NCBI GenBank assembly: GCA_051251855.1 | Contig: JBPOGI010000007.1 | Location: 224,001-288,000, forward strand | Origin: Roseibacillus sp. | GTDB lineage: Bacteria > Verrucomicrobiota > Verrucomicrobiia > Verrucomicrobiales > Akkermansiaceae | DNA: 64,000 nt | Reading direction: 5' to 3' | Part shown: positions 50,488 to 59,529 of the stretch, piece after piece | How the letters are laid out: each line of letters opens with the position of its first letter | How positions within the stretch are numbered: position 1 is the first letter of the stretch | Program-made: the position numbers and the translations under genes | Notes under the pieces: model-generated | Database searches by the model: none | The model's input: the letters and a program-made list of their open reading frames with translations, nothing else | Told to the model about the DNA's origin: nothing

Positions 50488-50929
50488 CCCCCACAAACTA
50501 CCTCGCAATCGAGCACTCACAAGCCTTCCCTTAGAAGAAGCTTCTTTAGCTAAGCCGCTCGTCCCTGGTGCATTTCTACCGAAGAAGAGCGCTCGGAGCC
50601 ACTTCGGTCTCCCAGTGGATTAGGAAAAATCATACGCCTAATCATCCTAGCTCGCGGTTCACTCACCGCGATCTCACTCCAGCCGAAAAGACAAGGCCAA
50701 CCACCAAAACACACTAGGTTCTATTCGAGTAGGAATCGAAGAGGCCGCTGAGCAAAGTTATATGTCTAGCGAGGCACGATGAGAGAACGCATGCACCTGC
50801 GTGACCGAAGAAGAATGTTCCTCAAAGATTCAAATTTTCATAGGCCTCCTCTTATCTCGCTCGATGAAGTCACGTTTTTCTCAATCTCATGAAGAGCAAA
50901 CAGGTCATCGAGTTCTTTTGATTGAGGCG

Positions 50930-51292
50930 CTAGCTCGACGTATTGGAAGAGCCTCTCATTTCCTCTTCAAGACCTGAAATTGATTCAAGAATTTCAACCC
51001 GAGATTCAACATCGCCCTGACTCTCTGCGAGCTGAAGCGCCTTCCGATAAAGTCGCATTCTCTCATTGGGATCATCTAGAAAATCTGCGCGTGTATCGTA
51101 GAATTCGGGATGTTCACCGAACTTCGCCTGAAGCTCATCCAGAACAACCATTAGCTTATCTGTATGCACCCTAACGAGAAAATCGTCACCAGCCTCCGAC
51201 GCATTTATGATATCACAAGCAACCTCCGTTACCCGAGACCACGCTTCCTGAGTAATCGATTTCACTTTTAGTCGGACGACGACTCCCCCCAA
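50930..51292 (-). CDS. Hypothetical helical protein immediately downstream of lexA
   Basis: 120-aa ORF starting just after the lexA stop; helical, TPR-like C-terminus. Confidence 0.6.
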   Translation of the reverse strand: MGGVVVRLKVKSITQEAWSRVTEVACDIINASEAGDDFLVRVHTDKLMVVLDELQAKFGEHPEFYDTRADFLDDPNERMRLYRKALQLAESQGDVESRVEILESISGLEEEMRGSSNTSS

Positions 51293-51293
51293 A

Positions 51294-51905
51294 TCAAGAG
51301 TTCCGTAGCAACGCTACCATCACTCCTTGAATGATCAGCTCTCGCGCGGGAATCAGATCGGGATAAAGCTCGTTCTCCGCTTGGAGATAAGGCTTCCCCT
51401 TAGTCACGACATAGCGCTTGAGAGTGGTCTCCCCATCAATGAGAGCCGCTACGACATCCCCGTTGCGAGGCTCACGAAATTCAAGAACGACGGTATCACC
51501 GTCACAAATGTGGGCATCGATCATCGACTCGCCACGGACCTTCAAAGCGAAAGTCTTCGAATTCCCTCTCAGACCAAGGGACGAAATATCGATCGAGAGA
51601 CAACTCTCTTGGTCCTGCACTTGATCCTCCGCCATACCTGCGGCGATGGAACCATAAACAGGGATATCAATAATTTCTTCGCGATCCATCTCGTCCGGAA
51701 ACATCACTGCACGCGCCTTGCCGGGCAAACGAACCACCGCCTCTTTCCGCTCAAGCGCACGCAGGTGACTCATCGCGGCTGTTTGACTAGCAAAGCCAAA
51801 ATGAGCCTGAATCTCGCGAGTGGACGGGATCAAACCCGACCGGCGATGCTCAGCTTTGAGAAAATCGAGAACAGCTTGTTGTTTGTCTGTGAGTGCTAAG
51901 GCCAT
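51294..51905 (-). CDS. lexA: SOS repressor LexA
   Basis: LTDKQQAVLDFL..PSTREI..HL.ALE wHTH; IAAG cleavage site; GESM (Ser) and TLKR (Lys); start at MALAL 51905. Confidence 0.96.
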   Translation of the reverse strand: MALALTDKQQAVLDFLKAEHRRSGLIPSTREIQAHFGFASQTAAMSHLRALERKEAVVRLPGKARAVMFPDEMDREEIIDIPVYGSIAAGMAEDQVQDQESCLSIDISSLGLRGNSKTFALKVRGESMIDAHICDGDTVVLEFREPRNGDVVAALIDGETTLKRYVVTKGKPYLQAENELYPDLIPARELIIQGVMVALLRNS

Positions 51906-51917
51906 AATTTGAACATC

Positions 51918-51949
51918 GGTTCGGAAGAACAATAGCGTTTTTATGAACA
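51918..51949. promoter_or_regulatory. Two tandem LexA boxes (Verrucomicrobia TGTTC-N4-GAACA type)
   Basis: GGTTC-GGAA-GAACA (51918-31) and CGTTT-TTAT-GAACA (51936-49) just upstream of the lexA ATG; extra GAACA half-site at 51911. Confidence 0.75.
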
Positions 51950-51995
51950 GTCGCAAGAATTTTGTTTGTTCGTCTTCTTTTGACACCTAACTCAC

Positions 51996-52925
51996 CTACT
52001 CGATCACATAGAATCGCGAATCAGTAGCAGCCTTCTTCAGCTCACCACGACGAAATTTAGAACCGCGTATGAAGGCCGGAACCTCTCCCGTTGTTCGAAA
52101 GCAGAACTTCTTCGGCAGCGAGGTGTAGAGCGACCGAGGCGGAAAGCTCTCGGTGATTCCCTTGAGACGACAGCCGAGCTCGAAGGTGTGATAGAACACA
52201 CGGCGTATCCCAATCTCTTCGAAAAGAAATTCTAACGCCGCCATCATCATCGCCTCTTCCCACATCGCTTCATGGTGCCTCATTTCTTCTTCCCAAAAGC
52301 GCTTCACTTCTCGGGGATCAAGCCGATAACCATACCAATGGATTTGGCCACAGCCCTTGCAAACATTTTCCCTCATCAGCGACCTCACATCACGTAACCG
52401 ATCTGTTTGAATCTCCTCAATGAGCGCTTCTCGGCTTTCCAAATCAAAGTCCAATCGCGCCCAAGCCAAGGTAGCATTACGGCCCTCTCGAGCGGGGTGA
52501 CAACCGAAGTGAAACGGGTCGTAACCCTTGTCGCCTAGCATGCGCACCATCATTTCATGGTGACGCCCAGTGAGATTCAACTGGAGCACCAGACTCTTTC
52601 CCGGGCGGGTTGTTTGCCGCCAATCCCAGTCATCATCATCGTCCCCCCACTCATCGAGAGAAAGGCGGTAGGTCTGTTGCCCCTCGCGACAGGCCCCGAA
52701 CTGAGGCCCGAACCATTGCGCGGAACTTCCCTTTGCCATTGCCTCTCTGACCACTGGCTTCTGAAGAAGATTTCCGAAGGAGCTCTTCCGCAGTTCCTCC
52801 AAAGTGGCATGGCTCTGCGCCGCCCGACTCAGAAGCCGGAAGGCATAATCATCTTTCGTATACCGGAAGAGGGTACGCCCCTTCGGTAAGCACGCGATCA
52901 CCTCGCGTAATTCACTTGTTTTCAT
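51996..52925 (-). CDS. Hypothetical protein
   Basis: ~310 aa from MKTSELREVIACL; distinctive QTTRPG..LVLQLN and TLAWARLD..ALIEEIQTD segments; function not recognised. Confidence 0.8.
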   Translation of the reverse strand: MKTSELREVIACLPKGRTLFRYTKDDYAFRLLSRAAQSHATLEELRKSSFGNLLQKPVVREAMAKGSSAQWFGPQFGACREGQQTYRLSLDEWGDDDDDWDWRQTTRPGKSLVLQLNLTGRHHEMMVRMLGDKGYDPFHFGCHPAREGRNATLAWARLDFDLESREALIEEIQTDRLRDVRSLMRENVCKGCGQIHWYGYRLDPREVKRFWEEEMRHHEAMWEEAMMMAALEFLFEEIGIRRVFYHTFELGCRLKGITESFPPRSLYTSLPKKFCFRTTGEVPAFIRGSKFRRGELKKAATDSRFYVIE

Positions 52926-52932
52926 TCCTGAA

Positions 52933-53128
52933 GAGAGAGTTCTCAAGGCGACTCTCCGATAGCCCTTATTTCAAAGCAGAAGACGACACCTCTCAGGTGG
53001 TCGAGCTTCCCTCCAGTCACCCAGAATTCGGGGCTGGCATCATGGGGTTGTTCGGCAGCGGGATAAACACCCGAAGCCGAATCCAATCAGGAATGATGAT
53101 TGCTGCGCATAACGGAGGGGACTCTCTC
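52933..53128. ncRNA. Candidate ~200-nt multibranched structured RNA or leader
   Basis: Closing helix GAGAGAGTTC/GGACTCTCTC, nested CTCTCCG/CGGAGGG and GCAG/CTGC helices, and three internal stem-loops. Confidence 0.5.
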
Positions 53129-53156
53129 CAAAATTACTTTCTCCACAAGAAAAAAA

Positions 53157-53909
53157 TCACCGCCGCAAGATCCAATCTCCGAAGCGACGAATACCATCGC
53201 CCGCTCCCTCGACCCAGCGCGAGCCCGTTTCTCCTCCTCGTCCTGTGCCTCGCATCACGCTCCCAGTCCGTCCCACTGTTCGCTCCCCTCCTTTGGTCAA
53301 AAGACCGAATCCTTTCCCAAGGACCCACCCCGTTCCCTGAACCACATAGCCAGAGCCCTTCACCAGATATCCTGAACCCGTTCGCAGCGCCCCTCCTACC
53401 CGACGAAGGTTTGAGACCTCTTGCTGCTGTTGAGCAGTCAATGGTTGCCCCGACCACTCGGCTGAGCGTTCGGTATGATACGCCATCGCCTCCATCGAGG
53501 CTCCAGCCGCTTGTTCGTCCTTTTGAGTCAAATACTGGTCCGCCTGACTTCGACGAACGTTCGCCATCGCACTGTGACTCCCGGCAAAAGTCTTCTCGAA
53601 CTCTTTTTCACTCACCGAGCTGCCAGACTTTACCCGACTGGCCAAACCTTGAATGCCCGACGGGTTCCCTCCCTGCTTTCGAAGAGTCGTAGCTGCCTTG
53701 TCGAGATAGCGCCCTGCTCCTGACTTATCCCCCCGCTGATAGCGCGACCAAGCCGCCACAAAGTCGACATCAACCTTCTGAGCCGCGAATGCTACATTGG
53801 CTCCTCCGCCACCTCCCACTGGAGAGCCTGCTGTGCTCCCAACTCCACCACAACTGGTCAAGCAACACAGCCCAATCGTCGCAGTCAAAAGAATGTAGAG
53901 TAGTTTCAC
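53157..53909 (-). CDS. Hypothetical lipoprotein
   Basis: Lipobox LTSC after a hydrophobic stretch; Gly-rich linker and Gly-rich amphipathic C-terminus. Confidence 0.75.
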   Translation of the reverse strand: MKLLYILLTATIGLCCLTSCGGVGSTAGSPVGGGGGANVAFAAQKVDVDFVAAWSRYQRGDKSGAGRYLDKAATTLRKQGGNPSGIQGLASRVKSGSSVSEKEFEKTFAGSHSAMANVRRSQADQYLTQKDEQAAGASMEAMAYHTERSAEWSGQPLTAQQQQEVSNLRRVGGALRTGSGYLVKGSGYVVQGTGWVLGKGFGLLTKGGERTVGRTGSVMRGTGRGGETGSRWVEGAGDGIRRFGDWILRR

Positions 53910-54049
53910 TTCTCTAATTAACTCCCCTAAGCCCCGAAAAATTCAATCCCTGAGCGAATCATCGGTTAATTTATCACGTTCGCATCAAACAGGCCCCTTC
54001 TTGCCAAACGAATGAGAAGCCCTTAAAGAAGGACCTTTCCTCAACTGCC

Positions 54050-54760
54050 GTGAAACCACAAATCATCCTAGCTGAAACGACGACCCCCGAGGGCGAACCT
54101 CTCACCCTCGTAAGTCACGACGGCCATTACCACCTGCAATCGCATGGCGAAAAGCTGATGACCACCTTCTCTCATGGCTCCGAAGAAGAGCTCGCACATC
54201 TCGGCTGCGCGCCCTCACGCCCCGCCCGCCAGCCGGTCATTCTCATTGGCGGACTCGGCTTCGGCTACACCTTGGCAGCGGCTACCCAGGCCCTTCCTCA
54301 AAAAGGAGCCAAATTCGTGGTCGCCGAGCAGACCTCGGCCATCGTGGAGTGGAATCAAACCCACCTTCGCGAGCTTCATCCTCAACTTTGGGACGACGAC
54401 CGCATTCTCGTCGAACGCCTCCCTGTACAAAACCTCATTCGAGAAAACGAAGAAACCTTCTCCGCCATCTTGCTCGACGTTGATAACGGTCCTTGGGCCT
54501 TTCAAGACGAAGCCAACAAGGCCCTCTACTCCCTGGACGGCCTTCATGCCGCCAAACAAGCGCTCAAGAACGGTGGAATCCTCGCCATCTGGTCCGTTCG
54601 CCACGACAAATCCTTCGAAAAGACCCTCCTCAAGGCAGGCTTCGAAGTCACCTGCGAGAAAGTCCCCGCCACAAAAAAAGGAAAACAGAATCGCTTCCAC
54701 ACCATCTGGCTCGCCAAAAAAGGAGACTACCAGTCGCAGAATCGCTCTCGCCCTCGCTAA
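54050..54760 (+). CDS. Spermidine synthase-like SAM-binding protein
   Basis: ILIGGLGFGYTL, AILLDVDNGP, GGILAIWS. Confidence 0.88.
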   Translation: MKPQIILAETTTPEGEPLTLVSHDGHYHLQSHGEKLMTTFSHGSEEELAHLGCAPSRPARQPVILIGGLGFGYTLAAATQALPQKGAKFVVAEQTSAIVEWNQTHLRELHPQLWDDDRILVERLPVQNLIRENEETFSAILLDVDNGPWAFQDEANKALYSLDGLHAAKQALKNGGILAIWSVRHDKSFEKTLLKAGFEVTCEKVPATKKGKQNRFHTIWLAKKGDYQSQNRSRPR

Positions 54761-54817
54761 CAATCCTTCGCGACGGCTTACTTCACATTCCTTTCTTTCC
54801 AGACATCTCCCTTTCAC

Positions 54818-56440
54818 ATGAGACTTCTTTTCCTTGGCCTCTTCTTCCTGCCGATCTCCCTCGGTGCCGCCGAGCCACCAAACATCATTTTCCTTCTCAC
54901 CGACGATCACCGTCAAGAAGACCTCGGCTGCTACGGAAACAAAATCGTCCAGACTCCGCACATCGACGAGATGGCCAGCGAAGGCGTCCTCTTTGAAAAC
55001 GCCAGCATCACCTCCGCGATTTGCACCCCTTCCCGCATCACCTACTTCCTCGGCCAATACGAACGCCGCCACGGAGTGAACTTCAACTCAGGAACCGCCG
55101 TCTCTCAGTCTGCCTGGGCACACAGCTACCCCGTCATTCTTCGCGAGAACGGCTACTTCACCGGCTACGTCGGCAAAAATCACGCTCCTATTGGCGCAAA
55201 GGGCTACGAGACCGGCATCATGGAAGCCTCATTCGATTACTGGTACGCCGGTCACGGACACATCCGCTTCTACCCCAAGCAGCACCACGAAATTTTCAAG
55301 CACGCCAAAAACAACACTCAGGTCGAAGTCGTCCAAGAGAGCATCTCGGAGTTCCTCGGTGCCGAAGAACCCTCCTACCTCGGCGGAGCGCAACAATTCC
55401 TCGCCACTCGTCCCGACGACCAACCCTTCTGCCTCTCGATCTGCCTCAACGTACCCCATGGCGCGGGAACGAGTACCATGAAGATGCTCCCCGAGGACGA
55501 CGAACTCTACCGCAGCACCTACCGCGACCAAATCGAAACCCTCCCTCTCCCCACAAACTATCTCGAGCGCTCTCAAATCGAAGCCCCCAAGCTTCCCGCC
55601 GAAGTCTTGCACACCGACTACCGCCAGACCGGTTATGACTGGGTCGATACCCCCGCAACTGTTCGTGAGCGCCGCATCCGCCACTACCAAACCATCACCG
55701 GCATCGACCGCATGGTGGGCAAGATTCGCACCCAACTGAAAGAACAGGGCCTCGCAGACAACACCGTCTTCATCTTCACATCCGATCACGGCCTCTTTTC
55801 AGGTGAGCACGGACTGGGTGGAAAAGCGCTCAACTACGAAACCTGCCTCGCCGTCCCCCACATCATCTTCGACCCTCGACTGCCAGTCGAAAAACGCGGA
55901 CAACGCCGCAAAGAACTGGTGCAGTCCATCGACCTCGGTCCCACCGTTCTCGACCTCGCCGAACTTCCCGCCTCACCTCACATGCAAGGCCAGTCCTACC
56001 TCCCCCTCCTCAGCGAAGAGACGCCGAAATGGCGCACCCACGCCTTCGCCGAAAACCTCTGGTCCACCTACTTTGGCAACCCCCGCGTCGAGTCCGTCCG
56101 TACCGAGCGCTGGAAGTACATCCGCTACTTCAAAAACGATCGCGAACAATGGAAGCACCTCGAGGACGCCAAAGGGGTGCGCCTCTATCAGATCACGAAA
56201 GCACAAAGAAAACTCTACTCCCACTGGCGCACCGCCTCCATCAAAGGCGAAGAACCGGTCTACGAAGAACTCTACGATCTCCAAACCGATCCCCACGAAA
56301 CCACCAACCTCGCCTCCTCGCCCGAACACCAAGAACGTCTCACCACATTGAGCAAACAATGCCAACGGCTGGTCACACAAGCCTACGGCAAAGACCCCAT
56401 CCCCGCCGTCCCACTTCCCTCAGACGCCAAAGCTCGCTAA
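54818..56440 (+). CDS. Sulfatase (formylglycine-dependent)
   Basis: Signal peptide, PNIIFLLTDD, CTPSR, GKNH, SDHG, ELYDLQTDP. Confidence 0.94.
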   Translation: MRLLFLGLFFLPISLGAAEPPNIIFLLTDDHRQEDLGCYGNKIVQTPHIDEMASEGVLFENASITSAICTPSRITYFLGQYERRHGVNFNSGTAVSQSAWAHSYPVILRENGYFTGYVGKNHAPIGAKGYETGIMEASFDYWYAGHGHIRFYPKQHHEIFKHAKNNTQVEVVQESISEFLGAEEPSYLGGAQQFLATRPDDQPFCLSICLNVPHGAGTSTMKMLPEDDELYRSTYRDQIETLPLPTNYLERSQIEAPKLPAEVLHTDYRQTGYDWVDTPATVRERRIRHYQTITGIDRMVGKIRTQLKEQGLADNTVFIFTSDHGLFSGEHGLGGKALNYETCLAVPHIIFDPRLPVEKRGQRRKELVQSIDLGPTVLDLAELPASPHMQGQSYLPLLSEETPKWRTHAFAENLWSTYFGNPRVESVRTERWKYIRYFKNDREQWKHLEDAKGVRLYQITKAQRKLYSHWRTASIKGEEPVYEELYDLQTDPHETTNLASSPEHQERLTTLSKQCQRLVTQAYGKDPIPAVPLPSDAKAR

Positions 56441-56658
56441 GAAAATTCGTCTTAAGGGAATTATCGCCCTTTCAAACCGAAAAAAGCTCTCCTTGAGCTC
56501 ACTTTTTCTGCATAAAGCCCTAAGCGAGGAACATTACCTGCCTGAGCCTCTCCTATAGTCTACATTTTCCAATGATGGACTACCTAGACGGGAATTAGAG
56601 CTCTCCATAGCAAACTCAACCTCAAATGCCATCGGGCGTTCCAAAACCAAATCCACTC

Positions 56659-57504
56659 ATGAAATCATTAAAAATCCAGTTGGCTCTCGCCGGCCTCGCT
56701 GCTGTCGCCGCTTCAGCAGCCACTTATACGACAAGCTTCGACACCCCGACTTTCTCCAGCGGAGGCCTTGATGGTCAAGATGGATGGGTCACTCAAGCCC
56801 AATGGGAAGCTGACGGCGCTGGCAATGCCACCAATACCAACAACACTCACGCTACTTCTACCAATGTAGGCGCCTTTATTCGTGCTCACAACACTGGCGT
56901 CCTTGGAACTACCGACATTGGCGAAGAAATGAGTATCACCTCGAGCATCATCCTCGGCGCATTCTCAAGTCCTTCGACCGATATTGCCTCATTCGAAGAA
57001 GGCATTTTCCAACAAGGAATGTCCCATCAGCAAGGCAATGCTGGATTCTCCTATGGCATCGCAACAGGACTCTTCTACCAAGTGAGCTCCGGCAATCTTC
57101 TTCTTCGTCAAAACCAGGGCCTCAACGAAGTAGGCGTTTCGTCTTTGAGCTTGGGAGCAGCATCCGGCTTTGGAGGTTCCAGCTTAACCCTCACTACCGT
57201 TTACACCAAGACTGCTGCTGACACCTGGTCCGTAGTAGCATCGGTCTCCGGCGCAGCTACTGGCTCCATCAGTTACACCGCCAATGGGCAAGACGCTAAT
57301 TTGGATGCTGATACCGGAGGAGGAGGCATCATCGGAGGGGTTCAAGCACTTCCCTCTGGCGGAGGCTCTCCAGGCGTGGCAACCCCACCATTTGGAACGA
57401 CGACTTTGACCGACTACACCATCACCGTCACCCCCGTTCCTGAGCCCTCCTCGCTCTTTCTTTTGGGCTTAAGCGGATTCGCTCTTCTGCTTCGCCGACG
57501 CTAG
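56659..57504 (+). CDS. PEP-CTERM sorting domain protein
   Basis: MKSLKIQLALAGLAAVAASA signal; C-terminal VPEPSSLFLLGLSGFALLLRRR. Confidence 0.92.
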   Translation: MKSLKIQLALAGLAAVAASAATYTTSFDTPTFSSGGLDGQDGWVTQAQWEADGAGNATNTNNTHATSTNVGAFIRAHNTGVLGTTDIGEEMSITSSIILGAFSSPSTDIASFEEGIFQQGMSHQQGNAGFSYGIATGLFYQVSSGNLLLRQNQGLNEVGVSSLSLGAASGFGGSSLTLTTVYTKTAADTWSVVASVSGAATGSISYTANGQDANLDADTGGGGIIGGVQALPSGGGSPGVATPPFGTTTLTDYTITVTPVPEPSSLFLLGLSGFALLLRRR

Positions 57505-57530
57505 ACCGTAGAACACTCTCATAGAATTTT

Positions 57531-57562
57531 AGGGCCGATCTGAAGAAGATCGGCCTTTTTTT
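57531..57562 (+). terminator. Intrinsic terminator
   Basis: GGCCGATCT-GAAGA-AGATCGGCC followed by T7. Confidence 0.85.
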
Positions 57563-57585
57563 GTTCGCGAACACGGCTGCGACCA

Positions 57586-57990
57586 AAATGGCGCACCCAC
57601 GCCTTTGCCGAAAATCTGTGGTCGACGTTCATTGGCAATCCTCGAATCGAATCCGTCCGCTCCCAGCGATGAAAATACATCCGGTATTTCGAAAACGACC
57701 GCCAGAACTGGTCACACCTCGAAGATGCCAAAGGAGAATCCGCCCCGATCAGGTCACCGACGAGCAACGGAAACTCTCCACCCACTGGCTCACCGCATCC
57801 ATCGCAGGAGAGTCACCGGTCTAGGAAGAACTCTTTGACCTTGAAAACGATCCCCGTGAAACCACCAATCTCATTGCAAATTCCAAACATCAGAAACTCC
57901 TGTCTGAGCTGCGCCAACACTGCCAGTAACTGGTCACCGAAGCCCGCGGCCCGCTCGACGCACCCCAATCAGTCCCCCTCCCAATCTCAG
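57586..57990 (+). pseudogene. Decayed 3' fragment of a sulfatase gene paralogous to 54818-56440
   Basis: KWRTHAFAENLWSTFIGNPRIESVRSQR*KYIRYFEND..(frameshift)..HWLTASIAGESPV*EELFDLENDPRETTNL..CQ*LVT aligns to 56027-56430; stops at 57670, 57822, 57927. Confidence 0.9.
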
Positions 57991-58129
57991 CGAAGCCGAG
58001 ATAGTTTGAAGTCATTGATTTTCTAATTGTTAAAACCATTGAAATTTTGTGCGATTTTTTTTCACATTTTCTTTCACGACGACATTATCCCATTAGAACT
58101 CGGTAGACGTCGAGTTATACACTAAACAA

Positions 58130-58855
58130 ATGAAAACTCTAAAACTACCCATACTTTTTGCTGTTGGGATGGCTTCTAGCCTCTCAGTGAATGCAGCTGT
58201 CGTTACCATTGAAAACATAGAGTCTCGAGCTGCTGGTCCTGGCGCTGCAGATGTTGCTATCACGACTACCGGTGGCACGTTTGGAACCAGTCACGCGAAT
58301 GCTCCATGGACGGTGAACCTCACCGTTTCCAATCAGAATCTCGATGGAGACGGAAACTTTGATGATTCTTTCACTTTCAATCTCATAGCATCGACTACTA
58401 ACGCCAATGGAGTTTCAGTCTGGGGTCAAGGAATCAACAATTCCAATGCGACTGGCACCGACACTTCATTTGGTAATATTGATGGGCTCTCTTTCACGGT
58501 CGGCAACGTCGTCGGAACAACTACGCTTGGCGAGACCGTTGTGTTTGATGGTTTCACGGGCGCTACTTTTGCGTCTGGTGGAGGTGCAGCTATTGACCGC
58601 TCCATAGATGCTGGCGGTGTTACTTTCTCTAATGTGGCAGCTGATATGGGTGGATTCCAATTCGTCCAAGATAATCAGGACTTCGCTTCGGCGTTTCCCA
58701 CACTGACCTTCTCTAATCCGGGTGGTGCTGGTCCGGGTACTGCGATAGCCCGTCAACTCGACCTACAGTTCAGCACGGTTCCTGTTCCTGAGCCGAGCTC
58801 TGCAGTCCTAGGTCTCCTTGGACTGCTTGGTTTTGTCTCACGACGTCGCCGATAG
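58130..58855 (+). CDS. PEP-CTERM sorting domain protein
   Basis: Signal peptide ..SVNA; C-terminal VPEPSSAVLGLLGLLGFVSRRRR. Confidence 0.92.
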   Translation: MKTLKLPILFAVGMASSLSVNAAVVTIENIESRAAGPGAADVAITTTGGTFGTSHANAPWTVNLTVSNQNLDGDGNFDDSFTFNLIASTTNANGVSVWGQGINNSNATGTDTSFGNIDGLSFTVGNVVGTTTLGETVVFDGFTGATFASGGGAAIDRSIDAGGVTFSNVAADMGGFQFVQDNQDFASAFPTLTFSNPGGAGPGTAIARQLDLQFSTVPVPEPSSAVLGLLGLLGFVSRRRR

Positions 58856-58883
58856 AGTTTTACCTTTCCTCAAATTTTCTTTG

Positions 58884-58913
58884 AAAAAGCGGTTCGGACG
58901 AACCGCTTTTTTT
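58884..58913 (+). terminator. Intrinsic terminator (bidirectional-looking)
   Basis: AAAAAGCGGTTCG-GA-CGAACCGCTTTTTTT. Confidence 0.85.
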
Positions 58914-59000
58914 GTCGGTTATTTGAGAGTTTGAAATTTTATCTTGTCCTTCACCAGCCTTTCACAATGAGCTAAAAAAGGAAGTCTATCAGCACTTGAA

Positions 59001-59325
59001 GGAGCCTTTGAGGAGAAGAGTTTCATCGCTCTCCCGGGTGCCATTGCAAACGAGGTCGCCGACATCAATGGTGATGAAAAACCAGACCTCGCTGCCATTG
59101 CCAACTTCGTGGAAGTGGACCATTTCAATTCACTCCCGAGCGGCTTCCACTCGATGTCCAAGCTCCCTACATCTCCCTTCTCGCTGCCGATCTCGATCGG
59201 GACGGCGATCAAGATTTGATTCTCGGATGCTCTCTCAAGTCGTTCCCTTCGATGAAGAAAAATGCGCGACTCGGGCCATCAATCCACAATTCTCGATCAC
59301 TCTGCTCAAAAATCGCACCCAATAA
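59001..59325 (+). pseudogene. Frameshifted 3' remnant of an FG-GAP/VCBS-repeat protein gene
   Basis: Three successive frames give ..VADINGDEKPDLAAIA.. / ..AADLDRDGDQDLILG.. / ..ITLLKNRTQ*; no 5' part present. Confidence 0.7.
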
Positions 59326-59529
59326 CCTCAGTTTTCCTGCTCATCCCAGTCTTACCTCAATCTCAACATTCTACAGACACAGTCCCTTCATTTTTATTGC
59401 AAACACTCTTATTGTAAATACATTGCCATGTTTGGGAATGATTGTGACAACTCCAAAAGAGCTGACTTCCAAAGGATGTCAGCACTTCCCCGACCAGCAC
59501 TCATCCTCTCAACCACCGCGAACCTAAGA

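Noticed and set aside
52933..53128. Assignment of the structured region to glycine or cobalamin riboswitch or 6S RNA
   Set aside because: Only isolated short motifs (CTCTCAGGT; ACTG..GGGAAG) match, without the full consensus order; left unclassified.
57670..57672. In-frame TGA in the sulfatase-like fragment as possible selenocysteine or recoding
   Set aside because: It replaces a Trp codon (TGG) and co-occurs with TAG, TAA and a frameshift, which indicates ordinary decay.
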